Shown: positions 20,303 through 30,329 of the stretch, in pieces
How the letters are laid out: each line of letters begins with the position of its first letter
How positions within the stretch are numbered: position 1 is the stretch's first letter
DNA from: an uncultured Gammaproteobacteria bacterium
Lineage (GTDB): Bacteria; Patescibacteriota; Patescibacteriia; XYB2-FULL-38-15
Assembly (NCBI GenBank): GCA_965231095.1
Contig: OZ246416.1
Coordinates: 805,595 to 869,594, forward strand
Direction of reading: 5' to 3'
DNA: 64,000 nt
Position numbers and translations under genes: made by a program
Notes under the pieces: model-generated
The model's database searches: none
What the model saw: the letters and a program-made list of their open reading frames with translations, nothing else
Told to the model about the DNA's origin: nothing

Positions 20303-21220
20303 ATGTATGATCTCATAATAATCGGCGGGGGGCCGGCCGGATTTACGGCGGCGATTTACGCCGCGCGCCGAGCGATGAAAACTTTGGTTTTGGCGAAAGA
20401 ATTCGGCGGACAGGCGGTTTATGCTTCCAAGGTGGAAAATTTTCCCGGCATTGATTTGATTTCGGGATATGAATTGATGGAAAAAATGAAAGCCCAGGCA
20501 GAGCGCCTTGGGGCGGAAGTAAAAAATGCCGAAGCAAATGAAATTAAAAAAGAAAATGATCTTTTTTCCCTACGCGATAAAGACGGGAATGTTTATGAGG
20601 GCAAATCTTTAATTTTATCTTTTGGCGCGGTGCCCAGAAAACTTGGATTGCCTAATGAAGATAAGTTTAAGGGAAATGGAATTTCTTATTGCGCGACTTG
20701 CGACGCGCCGTTTTTCAAAAATAAAAACGTGGCGGTGATTGGCGGAGGAAACGCCGCGCTGGACGCCGCCTTACTTTTGGCAAAATTCGCGGCGAAAGTT
20801 TTTTTGATTCACCGGCGAGACGAATTTAAGGGCGAAACGGTGCGGGTAAATGATGTTAAGAAATTATCTAACGTGGAAATTATTTTAAATTCAGAAGTTA
20901 AGGAAATAAAAGGAGAAAAAAATATAGAAGGCGTCAGGGTCGATAGAAATGATAATGGAGAATCTCGCGACTTGGAAGTCGCGGGAATTTTTGTGGAGAT
21001 CGGCCATATCGTGGAATCTGATTTTGTCGGTAAAATGGTGGCGCTTGATCCGCGAAAACAAATAATTGTGAATGATAAAAATGAAACGAATATTGCCGGA
21101 GTTTTTGCCGCCGGTGACGCGACAACTGTGCCGTATAAACAAATTATAATCGCCGCGGGAGAAGGAGCAAAAGCGGCGTTGTCAGCCTATAGTTATTTAC
21201 AAAAAATAAATAGCAAATAA
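20303..21220 (+). CDS. trxB: Thioredoxin reductase
   Basis: GGGPAG, CATCD, GGGNAA, GVFAAGD. Confidence 0.95.
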   Translation: MYDLIIIGGGPAGFTAAIYAARRAMKTLVLAKEFGGQAVYASKVENFPGIDLISGYELMEKMKAQAERLGAEVKNAEANEIKKENDLFSLRDKDGNVYEGKSLILSFGAVPRKLGLPNEDKFKGNGISYCATCDAPFFKNKNVAVIGGGNAALDAALLLAKFAAKVFLIHRRDEFKGETVRVNDVKKLSNVEIILNSEVKEIKGEKNIEGVRVDRNDNGESRDLEVAGIFVEIGHIVESDFVGKMVALDPRKQIIVNDKNETNIAGVFAAGDATTVPYKQIIIAAGEGAKAALSAYSYLQKINSK

Positions 21221-21226
21221 AAAAAT

Positions 21227-22495
21227 ATGTCACCACTTCAAAATGCGCTTACCCAACTAAAAAAGGCGGCGGACTTGGTAAAATTGAGCCCGGCGGTTTT
21301 GGAAATTTTAAAAAAACCAAAAAAGATTCACCAATTTTTTATTCCGGTAAAAATGGATAACGGTGAAGTAAAAATTTTTGACGGTTATCGCGTTCAGTGG
21401 AACGACGCGCGCGGGCCGTTTAAGGGCGGGATTCGTTTTCATCCCAAAACCGACCTGAACGAAGTTGAAGCCTTGTCTTTTTGGATGACAATAAAATGCG
21501 CGGCGGTCGGGATTCCTTACGGTGGGGGAAAGGGTGGCGTGACGGTTGATCCGAAAAAATTAAGTGTGATGGAACTTGAAAGATTGACGCGCGGCTACAC
21601 CCAAGCTCTTCGAGATTATATCGGGCCGGACAAAGATATTCCCGCGCCAGATGTTTACACCACGCCGCAAATTATGGCTTGGATTATGGATGAATTTTCT
21701 AAAATCAAAGGATATAATGTTCCCGGCGTTGTGACGGGAAAACCGATCGAGCTCGGCGGTTCGGCTGGGCGCGGCACAGCCACGGCCCAGGGCGGATTTT
21801 ATGTTTTGGAAGAAATCGCCAAAAAGATGAAAATTGATCCGAAAAAAACAAAAGTTGTAGTTCAGGGATTTGGTAATGCCGGAGCGAACATGGCTGATTT
21901 ATGTTTCCACACCGGTTATAAAATTATTGGTGTTTCCGATTCGCAAACCGCGATCGTTGATAAATCCGGCAAGGGATTTGATTCGCACACCATCGCGAAA
22001 ATGAAAGAGAAAAAAGGAGTGGTTGATGTTTGTGATTGCGAGGAAATAAAATGTTCTTGTAAAAATCATACGCACGTGACAAATGAAAAGCTTTTGGAAA
22101 CGGATTGCGACATTTTAGTTTTGGCGGCTCTGGAAAATCAAATCACAGGAAAAAATGTCGGCCGCGTAAAAGCTAAAATTATTTTGGAATTGGCAAACGG
22201 CCCAACCGCCCCGGAAGCTGACGAAAAATTATTTAAAAAAGGCGTGCTTGTCGTGCCCGACGTTTTGGCGAACGCCGGCGGAGTGACGGTTTCCTATTTT
22301 GAGTGGGTGCAAAATTTGGCGAATTATTATTGGTCGGAAAAAGAAGTTTTTGAAAAATTAAAAAAAATAATGGTGGATAATTTTGACGCGGCTTGGAAAA
22401 TTAAGGAAGAAAATAAAACCGATTTTCGCACCGCGGTTTTTGCCCTAGCGCTTGGGCGGCTGGAAAAAGCGATTAAGGCGAGAGGATGGGCATAA
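21227..22495 (+). CDS. gdhA: Glu/Leu/Phe/Val dehydrogenase (glutamate dehydrogenase)
   Basis: GPFKGGIRFHP, GGGKGG, IPAPDV, QGFGNAG, ANAGGVTVSYFEWVQN. Confidence 0.93.
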   Translation: MSPLQNALTQLKKAADLVKLSPAVLEILKKPKKIHQFFIPVKMDNGEVKIFDGYRVQWNDARGPFKGGIRFHPKTDLNEVEALSFWMTIKCAAVGIPYGGGKGGVTVDPKKLSVMELERLTRGYTQALRDYIGPDKDIPAPDVYTTPQIMAWIMDEFSKIKGYNVPGVVTGKPIELGGSAGRGTATAQGGFYVLEEIAKKMKIDPKKTKVVVQGFGNAGANMADLCFHTGYKIIGVSDSQTAIVDKSGKGFDSHTIAKMKEKKGVVDVCDCEEIKCSCKNHTHVTNEKLLETDCDILVLAALENQITGKNVGRVKAKIILELANGPTAPEADEKLFKKGVLVVPDVLANAGGVTVSYFEWVQNLANYYWSEKEVFEKLKKIMVDNFDAAWKIKEENKTDFRTAVFALALGRLEKAIKARGWA

Positions 22496-22604
22496 AATGG
22501 AAGACAGAAGTTGGAAGTTTGAAGTTAAAAAAAAGTTCGCCGGCGAGGCGGGCTTTTTTGACTTTTTAAAATAAAAAAAGTAAAGTGAGGCGAAGGAGGA
22601 TAAG

Positions 22605-23018
22605 ATGGGAAAGAAAAAGCGGGGAAAACTGCGAGGTGATATTGTCGCTCTGCGCGCGGCCGTGGCCGGAATGAAGGGCGAAGAAGTGTGCGAGGGCGGC
22701 GGGGAGGAGTCGTATAGCGCGCTCCGGCGGGATCAGCCGGTTTGCGACTTCGGTGAGGGACGAAAGTGTGCGTGCTGCGGATGTTCATTGGCTCGGAGCA
22801 ATCCGGACGAGTTCTGCAGGCCCTGCGATCGCGCTATTGCGGAGTGGAAAAATTTTCCTTGGAACCGCGCCGAGATTGAAAAGCGAATGGCGAAACATTG
22901 CCTTTGTTTTGTCCAATCGGGGACAAAAAAGAAGAGGTCTTGTCGCGGCGTCTCAAGGATCGCTGTGAGCGGCAGTTTCCTGCGGGCGATTGGCGTAGAG
23001 AAATCGGGAGAAAAGTGA
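22605..23018 (+). CDS. Cys-rich putative zinc-finger orphan (GC-rich)
   Basis: CACCGC..FCRPC; SD AAGGAGG; promoter TTGACT-17-TAAAGT at 22558-22586; hairpin + T run at ~23040-23070. Confidence 0.6.
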   Translation: MGKKKRGKLRGDIVALRAAVAGMKGEEVCEGGGEESYSALRRDQPVCDFGEGRKCACCGCSLARSNPDEFCRPCDRAIAEWKNFPWNRAEIEKRMAKHCLCFVQSGTKKKRSCRGVSRIAVSGSFLRAIGVEKSGEK

Positions 23019-23195
23019 AGCGAGGAAAGAAGTAAGGCAAGGGGTTTGGTTTTGTGCCAGCCCTTTTTTATTTTGATTATTTAAAATTGTTCTTGACATT
23101 TTTAATATAAACTGTTTAAATTAGGTGTTCCGCGAATGTGCGGAAGAGGGTGTAGAATTTAGGCCCCGAGCGGGCTTCTGGGAAGGAGAACGAGG

Positions 23196-24188
23196 ATGAG
23201 GGCGCCTTCATGTGCTGGTCTTGAGGCCGGCGAGGAAGTCATTCTCTGCCGGGTGGAAGAACGGTGGGAAGTGGCTGTAGCGAGGATTCGGTTCGGCCGC
23301 GAAGCGCTCTGTCTCGCGTTGCAGAATTTCATTTTGTTTCTCGGGCACCTTTTGGAAATGTCCGGCGAGACGAGCAAGATCGACCAGATCCTGGCCGCGG
23401 TCGGGAGAGCGAAACTTCCGGAGAAGAAGGAGTTCACCGATCTCGAGGGTCAGAGCCTGCGGGTCATGGAGACCAAGTGGTCTGCTGTGGCTCAAGAAAT
23501 TCGAGCGGGTACAATGGCTCTCTTCCCGGCCTCTGAGGAATTTCTGATGTACGTCGGGAGATACCTCATTGGTCGGGCAGAATCGAAATCGTCCGAGAAG
23601 TCCTGGGCGGAGAAGCAGCAGCTGATGATGCAGGGATTCTACCGCTCTCTCATAGCGGATAACGTCCACATCGCGGCAGAGCTCCGGATCAAGGTTCCTT
23701 CTGGGACTGACGACCAGATTCGGGAGTGGTTCGCCATGGGGAAGAATCTCATCTACGAGCCCTCGGAATACGAAATTCCGGGCGCGCGTCTCATGGCCGC
23801 TCTGCCGCATCGAATGCTGGTGGACGACCCGGGTCAAATCGTCTGGGAGCCGGTTAGAGAAGGACGCTGGCTTCTGGTTGACGCCCAGGAACACTGCCCG
23901 GGTGCCGGCGATCGGTCTTACCGGGGTTACGAAATGGCTCTTGAGAGAGGCCGGCGGATCATCACTCTGCCGCAGTACGCCATCCTCTGGTACATCGGCG
24001 GACTCGGCGGGGAGATCCTGGATCCCGAGACGGACACACTGCTCGCGACTCGCTACGGCGCGGACAGCGTTCTCCACGCTTTCGGCCGGTGCGCCATGCG
24101 AGACCTCCGGTTCTCGGTCGGCGAGTGGCGACACACCACGAAGAAACATCCCAAGATGGGAGTGCGGCTAGTGGAGGTTGTCGCATGA
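23196..24188 (+). CDS. GC-rich orphan with a C-type-lectin-like C-terminus
   Basis: SD AAGGAG; promoter TTGACA at 23093; C-terminal ITLPQY..LDPETDT..GVRLVEV pattern; start codon uncertain. Confidence 0.6.
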   Translation: MRAPSCAGLEAGEEVILCRVEERWEVAVARIRFGREALCLALQNFILFLGHLLEMSGETSKIDQILAAVGRAKLPEKKEFTDLEGQSLRVMETKWSAVAQEIRAGTMALFPASEEFLMYVGRYLIGRAESKSSEKSWAEKQQLMMQGFYRSLIADNVHIAAELRIKVPSGTDDQIREWFAMGKNLIYEPSEYEIPGARLMAALPHRMLVDDPGQIVWEPVREGRWLLVDAQEHCPGAGDRSYRGYEMALERGRRIITLPQYAILWYIGGLGGEILDPETDTLLATRYGADSVLHAFGRCAMRDLRFSVGEWRHTTKKHPKMGVRLVEVVA

Positions 24189-24201
24189 ATGGAGGCAGTG
24201 C

Positions 24202-24242
24202 TCCGCGTTTTCGGCCTTCGGGTTGGGACGCGGAGTTTTTTT
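24202..24242 (+). terminator. Intrinsic terminator hairpin
   Basis: CTCCGCGT..TTCG loop..ACGCGGAG + T run. Confidence 0.7.
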
Positions 24243-24272
24243 ATTTTGTCGGTTGTGTTAAGATATTAAAAT

Positions 24273-27200
24273 ATGGAATACAATTTTAAGAAAATAGAAA
24301 AGAAGTGGCAGGCGAAATGGGAGAAGGAAAAGATTTATGAAGTTAAAGAACCCGCCGCCGCTCGAGCTAAGGCGGGCGAAGAAAAGTTTTATTGTTTAAT
24401 TGAATTTCCTTATCCCTCGGGAGAAGGGTTGCACGTCGGCCATCCGCGAAGTTATACGGCGCTTGATATTGTCGCCAGAAAAAATCGGATGCAGGGAAAA
24501 AATGTTTTGTACCCAATCGGCTGGGATGCCTTTGGTTTGCCCACGGAAAATTATGCTATCAAAACCGGGATTCAGCCGGCAGTGGCCACGGAAAAAAATA
24601 TTAAAAATTTTACGCGCCAATTAAAGTCGCTCGGATTTTCCTTTGACTGGTCGCGGGAAATTAACACGACTGATCCAGAATATTATAAATGGACACAATG
24701 GATGTTTTTGCAATTTTTTAAACACGGTTTGGCATACAAAGATAAAATCGCTATCAATTGGTGCACAAAATGTAAAATTGGTTTAGCAAATGAAGAAGTG
24801 GTGAACGGCGTTTGCGAACGCTGCGGCGGGACGGTCGTAAAAAAGATGAAAGAGCAGTGGATGATAAAAATTACCAAATACGCCGAACGGCTGCTTTCCG
24901 GTTTGGAAAAAGTTGATTATTCTCCGCGCATTAAAGAAGGGCAGATTAATTGGATTGGAAAATCAGAAGGCGCGGAGGTAGATTTTGGAATTAAGAATTC
25001 AGAATTAAGAATTAAAGTATTCACGACCAGGCCGGACACGCTTTTTGGCGCGACGTATATGGTATTGGCGCCGGAACATAAGTTGATTGAAAATTTAAAA
25101 TTGAAAATTAAAAATTGGGGCGAAGTTGAAAAATATATTAATGATGCGAAGAAAAAATCTGATTTGGAGCGGACGGAATTACAAAAAGAAAAAACCGGTG
25201 TGGAGTTAAAAGGGATCAAGGCGGTGAATCCGGCGAACAATGAAGAAATTCCGATTTGGGCAGCGGATTATGTTTTAACCGGCTACGGCACCGGGGCGAT
25301 TATGGCTGTCCCGGCGCATGATGAACGCGATTTTGAATTTGCCAAAAAATTTGGTTTGCCGATTCGCGAAGTGGTTAAATTTAGCGGAGTCCCGGCTTCA
25401 GCCGGAGAACCCCTGTCTAAAGACAGGACTCCAGAACACGCTTTCGCGGGGGAGGGCACGACAATTAATTCAGATTTTCTTGACGGATTGCCGACGGCTG
25501 AGGCAAAAGAAAAAATTATCAAGTGGTTGGAAGAAAAACATATTGGTAAAAAGGCCGTGAATTATAAATTGCGCGATTGGGTTTTTTCGCGTCAAAGATA
25601 TTGGGGCGAGCCGATTCCCTTGGTGTATTGTGAAAATTGCGCGAAGAAAAAACAGAAAATATTATTGATTCATGGCTTGGGTGGCAATCCACAAGAAAAT
25701 TGGTTTCCGTGGTTTAAAAAACAGATGGAGGAGCGTGGTTTTGAGGTAATTATCCCAGACTTGCCGAAGCCAGAAAAGCTTTATTTAAAAGATTGGTTGA
25801 GCGAATTAGGAAAACTCGGTATAACTTCTGATGATGATTTGTTTGTTATGGGTCATAGTTTGGGTGGCCCCGCAGCGTGTCAGTTTATTTTGAAGAATAA
25901 TTTATCTGTTAAAAAATTAATTTTAGTCGCGCCGGTTGGCAAAAGTTCTGATTGGCAGCAGTTAAAGAAATATGATTTTTCCGAGGATGAAATTGCCACG
26001 ATCGCTCGGTTTGGTGGGGTTCCAATTGACTTTTCTAAATTGAAAAGTTTAGTAATGTCTTCTGTTTTATATTTTTCTAAAGACGATCCATATATTCCTT
26101 TGAATATTCAAGATGACTATAAGGAGTTAAATGGCGCGGTAAGGATTTTTGAAGATAAGAAGCATTTTGGTTCGCTGTGGGGAATTACCGAGTTACCGGA
26201 AATTTTGGAAGAATTTTTTGCGGCTGATGAGTTAAATCTCGGATGGCAGCCGGTGCCAGATAAGGATTTGCCGGTGGAATTGCCAAAAGTTAAAAAATAC
26301 GAGCCGACTGATACCGGAGAATCGCCGCTGGCCGCGATAGAAAAATGGGTGAAGACAAAATGTCCGAAGTGCGGCGGCGAGGCGCGACGGGAAACAGACA
26401 CAATGCCAAACTGGGCCGGGTCGTCGTGGTATTTTATGCGCTACGCTGATCCGAAAAATAAAAAAGAATTTGCCGGAGAGAAAAGTTTGAAATATTTTAT
26501 GCCCGTGGATTGGTACAATGGCGGAATGGAACACACGACACTGCACCTATTGTATTCCAGATTTTGGTATAAATTTTTGTATGATATTGGCGCGATTCCC
26601 AAAGAATGCGGCGATGAACCGTACAAAAAAAGAACTTCGCACGGTTTGATTCTGGGCGAGGGCGGAGAAAAAATGAGTAAGTCGCGCGGCAATGTGGTAA
26701 ATCCCGATGATGTTGTGGCGCGTTTTGGCGCCGACACGCTTCGGGTTTACGAAATGTTTATGGGTCCGTTTGAGCAGGCAATTCCATGGGATGAAAAAGG
26801 CGTGGTTGGAGTTTTTCGTTTTTTAGAGAGGATATGGCGGTTGCAAGAAAAATGCAAAATTAAAAATGCAAAATTAAAAATTACAATTAAAAATGAAAAA
26901 TTGGAGAGGTTGATACATCAGACAATAAAGAAAGTAGGAGAAGATATTGAGCAAATGAAATTTAACACAGCGGTTTCGGCCTTGATGATTTTAACAAATG
27001 AAATGGCGGCGCAAGAAGAATTACCAGTTGCCAATTACCAATTACTAATTACTCTCTTAGCCCCATTTGCCCCGCACATTGCCGAAGAACTTTGGGAAAA
27101 ACTCGGCAACAAAAAAAGTATCCATTTGGAAAAGTGGCCGGAATATGACCCGGCACTTATTGTTGAAGAAGAAATTGATTTGGTTATTCAGGTGAATGGA

Positions 27201-27839
27201 AAAGTACGTGGCACAGTAAGAGAGAGGGCTGACATAAACGAAGAAGAGGCAAAAGAAATTGCTATAAAAAAGAAGTTGGTTGAGGAAAAAAACATCAAAA
27301 AAACTTTTTTTCCAGACGATATTAGAAAAACTGGAAGTAGATTATTAAATATTGTTACCGTTGGGAGTGCCGTCTTATATAATGGTAATTTGCATCCGAT
27401 AGTTGATATTGGAGTCGACCCGGATGCTGTTGATTTCCGTTTTACCCAAGTGAAAATCTCGGCCGGATCAGTTGAGCCGCTGAATGTCGAACAGATCATT
27501 GCTATCAAAAATGGCACCGCCACCAACAGCGACGTAAAGAATATTACTCTTTATAACGACACGACTGGTGAAACTCTCGGTATGGTGGCGGCTTTGGATA
27601 GTAACGGGAGGGCTGTGTTTTCGAATATAGATTTAAAAATCCCGAAAGGTGGATATGTCGAACTCTCTATCAAAGCCGATATGAATGGCGGTTCTGGCAA
27701 AACAATCGCTTTTAATCTGCACGACGGAAATTCCTCTACCATTATGATCAAAGGTGCGACTTTTAAGTCAGTTATTATCCCGATCAGAAGTAATTTTTGT
27801 AACGCCGACGGCACTTGCCAAATCCAAAGTATTCAGTAG
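24273..27839 (+). CDS. leuS: Leucine--tRNA ligase with inserted alpha/beta hydrolase and C-terminal extension
   Basis: FPYPSG.GLHVGH, TTRPDT editing domain, [15 protein letters not shown]; 1188 aa. Confidence 0.96.
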   Translation: MEYNFKKIEKKWQAKWEKEKIYEVKEPAAARAKAGEEKFYCLIEFPYPSGEGLHVGHPRSYTALDIVARKNRMQGKNVLYPIGWDAFGLPTENYAIKTGIQPAVATEKNIKNFTRQLKSLGFSFDWSREINTTDPEYYKWTQWMFLQFFKHGLAYKDKIAINWCTKCKIGLANEEVVNGVCERCGGTVVKKMKEQWMIKITKYAERLLSGLEKVDYSPRIKEGQINWIGKSEGAEVDFGIKNSELRIKVFTTRPDTLFGATYMVLAPEHKLIENLKLKIKNWGEVEKYINDAKKKSDLERTELQKEKTGVELKGIKAVNPANNEEIPIWAADYVLTGYGTGAIMAVPAHDERDFEFAKKFGLPIREVVKFSGVPASAGEPLSKDRTPEHAFAGEGTTINSDFLDGLPTAEAKEKIIKWLEEKHIGKKAVNYKLRDWVFSRQRYWGEPIPLVYCENCAKKKQKILLIHGLGGNPQENWFPWFKKQMEERGFEVIIPDLPKPEKLYLKDWLSELGKLGITSDDDLFVMGHSLGGPAACQFILKNNLSVKKLILVAPVGKSSDWQQLKKYDFSEDEIATIARFGGVPIDFSKLKSLVMSSVLYFSKDDPYIPLNIQDDYKELNGAVRIFEDKKHFGSLWGITELPEILEEFFAADELNLGWQPVPDKDLPVELPKVKKYEPTDTGESPLAAIEKWVKTKCPKCGGEARRETDTMPNWAGSSWYFMRYADPKNKKEFAGEKSLKYFMPVDWYNGGMEHTTLHLLYSRFWYKFLYDIGAIPKECGDEPYKKRTSHGLILGEGGEKMSKSRGNVVNPDDVVARFGADTLRVYEMFMGPFEQAIPWDEKGVVGVFRFLERIWRLQEKCKIKNAKLKITIKNEKLERLIHQTIKKVGEDIEQMKFNTAVSALMILTNEMAAQEELPVANYQLLITLLAPFAPHIAEELWEKLGNKKSIHLEKWPEYDPALIVEEEIDLVIQVNGKVRGTVRERADINEEEAKEIAIKKKLVEEKNIKKTFFPDDIRKTGSRLLNIVTVGSAVLYNGNLHPIVDIGVDPDAVDFRFTQVKISAGSVEPLNVEQIIAIKNGTATNSDVKNITLYNDTTGETLGMVAALDSNGRAVFSNIDLKIPKGGYVELSIKADMNGGSGKTIAFNLHDGNSSTIMIKGATFKSVIIPIRSNFCNADGTCQIQSIQ
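25386..25432. repeat. REPIN-like pair of inverted REPs, in frame inside leuS
   Basis: GGAGTC-CCGGCT-TC-AGCCGG and, inverted, GGAGTC-CTGTCT-TT-AGACAG. Confidence 0.65.
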
Positions 27840-27867
27840 TGTGGGTCTTTGTGACATAGGGGAGGGT

Positions 27868-29373
27868 ATGTCTAAATCAAAAATATTTTTCTATTCTTGT
27901 TTATTTTTTATTGTTGGAGTTGGTCTCGCGTCTTATCTATCATTGCCGCTTTGGGCCGCGTTCGCGATTTTAGTCGCGGGATGCGGTTTTTTATTTTGGG
28001 GGTGGCCTGCCTCATCGGCGGATAGGCCCGGAAATAAAAAATTTATTGTTCTCGGCCTCGCCGGATTTTTTTTATTTTTAGGAATGCTGCGTTTTGCGGC
28101 GAGCATACCGGCGGGGGACCAAGATCAAATAAGTTTTTATAATGGGCAAGAAAAAAATTTTGTCGGAATTGTGGCGGCCGAACCGGATACGCGAGACAAT
28201 GGCGTGAAATTAAAAATTAAAAGTGAAAGGGTGGAGATTGATGGAGGTTGGCTGGCGGTTTGGGGAAATATTTTAGTCAACGCGAGATTATATCCGGCCT
28301 ATCGTTATGGTGATGAATTAGAAATAAAATGTAAATTACAAAAACCGGAACCGATTGAAGATTTCGCATATGATAAATATCTGGCCAAGGAAAATATTTA
28401 TTCATTATGTTATTGGCCGGAAATAAAATTTTTAAAAAGTGGGGAAGGAAATAAAATTGTGGCGGGCGTTTTGTGGGCCAAAGAAAAATTAGTGGCGACG
28501 GTGAACCGCATTTTACCCGAACCGCAGGCAGCGTTTTTAGGAGGATTGCTTTATGGCGCGAAGCGCGGCATTCCGGCAGACCTTACAGAAAAATTTAACA
28601 TTACCGGCACGACGCACATTGTCGCGATTTCCGGATACAACATCACAATTCTTGCGGTGTTGCTTTTACAAATTACGAAAAGTATCGGCATCGGCCGGAA
28701 AAAATCTTTTTGGATCGCGCTTTCCGGAATTTTATTTTTCGTAATTTTGACGGGAGCGGCCTCTTCGGTTGTTCGCGCGGCCGTGATGGGTTTGCTTGTA
28801 CTTGTCGCAACTCAAGTCGGCCGGACCTCAAAAATCACAAACGTGCTTTTGCTTGCCGCCGCGGTAATGCTTGTTTTTAATCCAAAAATTTTGGCGTTTG
28901 ATGTAGGTTTTCAATTATCTTTTGCTGCGACAATTGGCCTCGTTTTCCTTTCACCGATTTTTGAAAAGTATTTTGAAAAGTTGCCGTCAATTTTCGGAGT
29001 TAAGGAATCGCTCGCTACCACAATGTCCGCGATTGTTTTAACCCTGCCGTTGATTTTGTATAATTTCGGCCGCGTTTCGTTTATCGCGCCGCTCGCCAAT
29101 ATTTTAATTTTGCCGGTGATTCCGCTCGCCATGGCGCTTGGATCGCTCGCCGTGCTTGGAGGAATAATTTATCTTGGCCTTGGCCGGATTATTGGTTGGT
29201 TGGCATGGCTAGTTTTAAGTTATATAATTAAGGCAGTGGAAATTTTGGCGGCGATTCCTTGGGCTTCGGGCGAGGCAGGAAAAATACATTGGATTTTTTT
29301 GATAATATTTTATTTATTAATTGGTTGGTTCATTTGGTGGAAGATTCAAAAAAATAAAAAACTTAATGTTTAA
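27868..29373 (+). CDS. comEC: ComEC/Rec2 membrane part (DUF4131 + Competence domain)
   Basis: HIVAISGYN, SVVRAAVM, GFQLSF; SD GGAGG. Confidence 0.93.
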   Translation: MSKSKIFFYSCLFFIVGVGLASYLSLPLWAAFAILVAGCGFLFWGWPASSADRPGNKKFIVLGLAGFFLFLGMLRFAASIPAGDQDQISFYNGQEKNFVGIVAAEPDTRDNGVKLKIKSERVEIDGGWLAVWGNILVNARLYPAYRYGDELEIKCKLQKPEPIEDFAYDKYLAKENIYSLCYWPEIKFLKSGEGNKIVAGVLWAKEKLVATVNRILPEPQAAFLGGLLYGAKRGIPADLTEKFNITGTTHIVAISGYNITILAVLLLQITKSIGIGRKKSFWIALSGILFFVILTGAASSVVRAAVMGLLVLVATQVGRTSKITNVLLLAAAVMLVFNPKILAFDVGFQLSFAATIGLVFLSPIFEKYFEKLPSIFGVKESLATTMSAIVLTLPLILYNFGRVSFIAPLANILILPVIPLAMALGSLAVLGGIIYLGLGRIIGWLAWLVLSYIIKAVEILAAIPWASGEAGKIHWIFLIIFYLLIGWFIWWKIQKNKKLNV

Positions 29374-30235
29374 TTTTAAAAATAAAAAATTGGTAACGCG
29401 GCTTGTCGGGATATTTTCCGCGATTTTAATTTTGGCCGGCGTTGCCTTTTTCCAGTCGGTTGAAGACAACGGAAAACTTGTTGTAAATTTTTTTGATGTT
29501 GGGCAGGGCGATGCGATTTTGATAAAAACTCCGGAGCAGCAAAAAATTTTGATTGACGGCGGGCCGTCGAATGTTGTGGTGCAAAAACTCGGGGAAGTTC
29601 TGCCGTTCTACGACCGAAAAATTGATCTTATAATTTTGACACATCCGCACGCCGATCATTTGGACGGATTGATTGAAGTTTTAAAAAGACATGAAGTGAA
29701 AAAAATTTTATCAACCGGCGTAACGCATACGACGCCGGATTATTTGGCGTGGCTAGAAGAAATAAAAAATCAAAATGTGCCAATGGAAATTGCGATGGCC
29801 GGACAAATTATTGATTTTGGCGGCGGAGTGAAAACGGAGATTCTGTATCCGACGGAGGATTTAGCGGGAAAGTCAGTGGAAAATTTAAATGATACTTCGA
29901 TTGTCGCGAAATTAATTTTCGGCCAAACTTCATTTCTGTTCACTGGCGACGCGGAGACAGAGGTGGAGGAAAAATTGATTAGCGGGGGAGCGAATTTAAA
30001 AGCAGATGTTTTGAAAGTCGGCCATCATGGAAGCAAAAACGCCACGAGTGATAATTTTTTAGAAAAAGTTCAGCCAAGCTTTGCCGTGGTTTCAGTTGGC
30101 GCTGACAATCAGTTTGGCCATCCGAATGCGATGACCATAAAACGTTTAGAAAATATCGGCGCGGAAATTTTTAGAACAGATGAAGAGGGGAATGTGAAAA
30201 TGGTGAGCGATGGAATGAAAATTGAGATAAAATAA
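29366..30235 (+). CDS. ComEC-type MBL-fold nuclease domain protein
   Basis: FDVGQGDA, THPHADH, FTGD, KVGHHGS, GHP. Confidence 0.92.
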   Translation: MFNFKNKKLVTRLVGIFSAILILAGVAFFQSVEDNGKLVVNFFDVGQGDAILIKTPEQQKILIDGGPSNVVVQKLGEVLPFYDRKIDLIILTHPHADHLDGLIEVLKRHEVKKILSTGVTHTTPDYLAWLEEIKNQNVPMEIAMAGQIIDFGGGVKTEILYPTEDLAGKSVENLNDTSIVAKLIFGQTSFLFTGDAETEVEEKLISGGANLKADVLKVGHHGSKNATSDNFLEKVQPSFAVVSVGADNQFGHPNAMTIKRLENIGAEIFRTDEEGNVKMVSDGMKIEIK

Positions 30236-30329
30236 ATTTTTAAACATTAAGAAATTATGAGGTGACTCTTGCTTTTTCTCTGGCCTTTGCTATGATATTT
30301 AAATTAATAATAAATTTTAAACAGGAAGT

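Noticed and set aside
23208-24149. 313-aa antisense ORF
   Set aside because: Shadow of the plus-strand gene, which has the promoter, SD and terminator; long shadows are expected at high GC.
25650-26235. Intein in leuS
   Set aside because: No C/S start, HN-C/S/T end or LAGLIDADG motifs; the insert has hydrolase motifs.
29360-29380. comEC frameshift or pseudogene
   Set aside because: Both parts have intact motifs, and the second has its own ATG and TM anchor; split ComEC is common.
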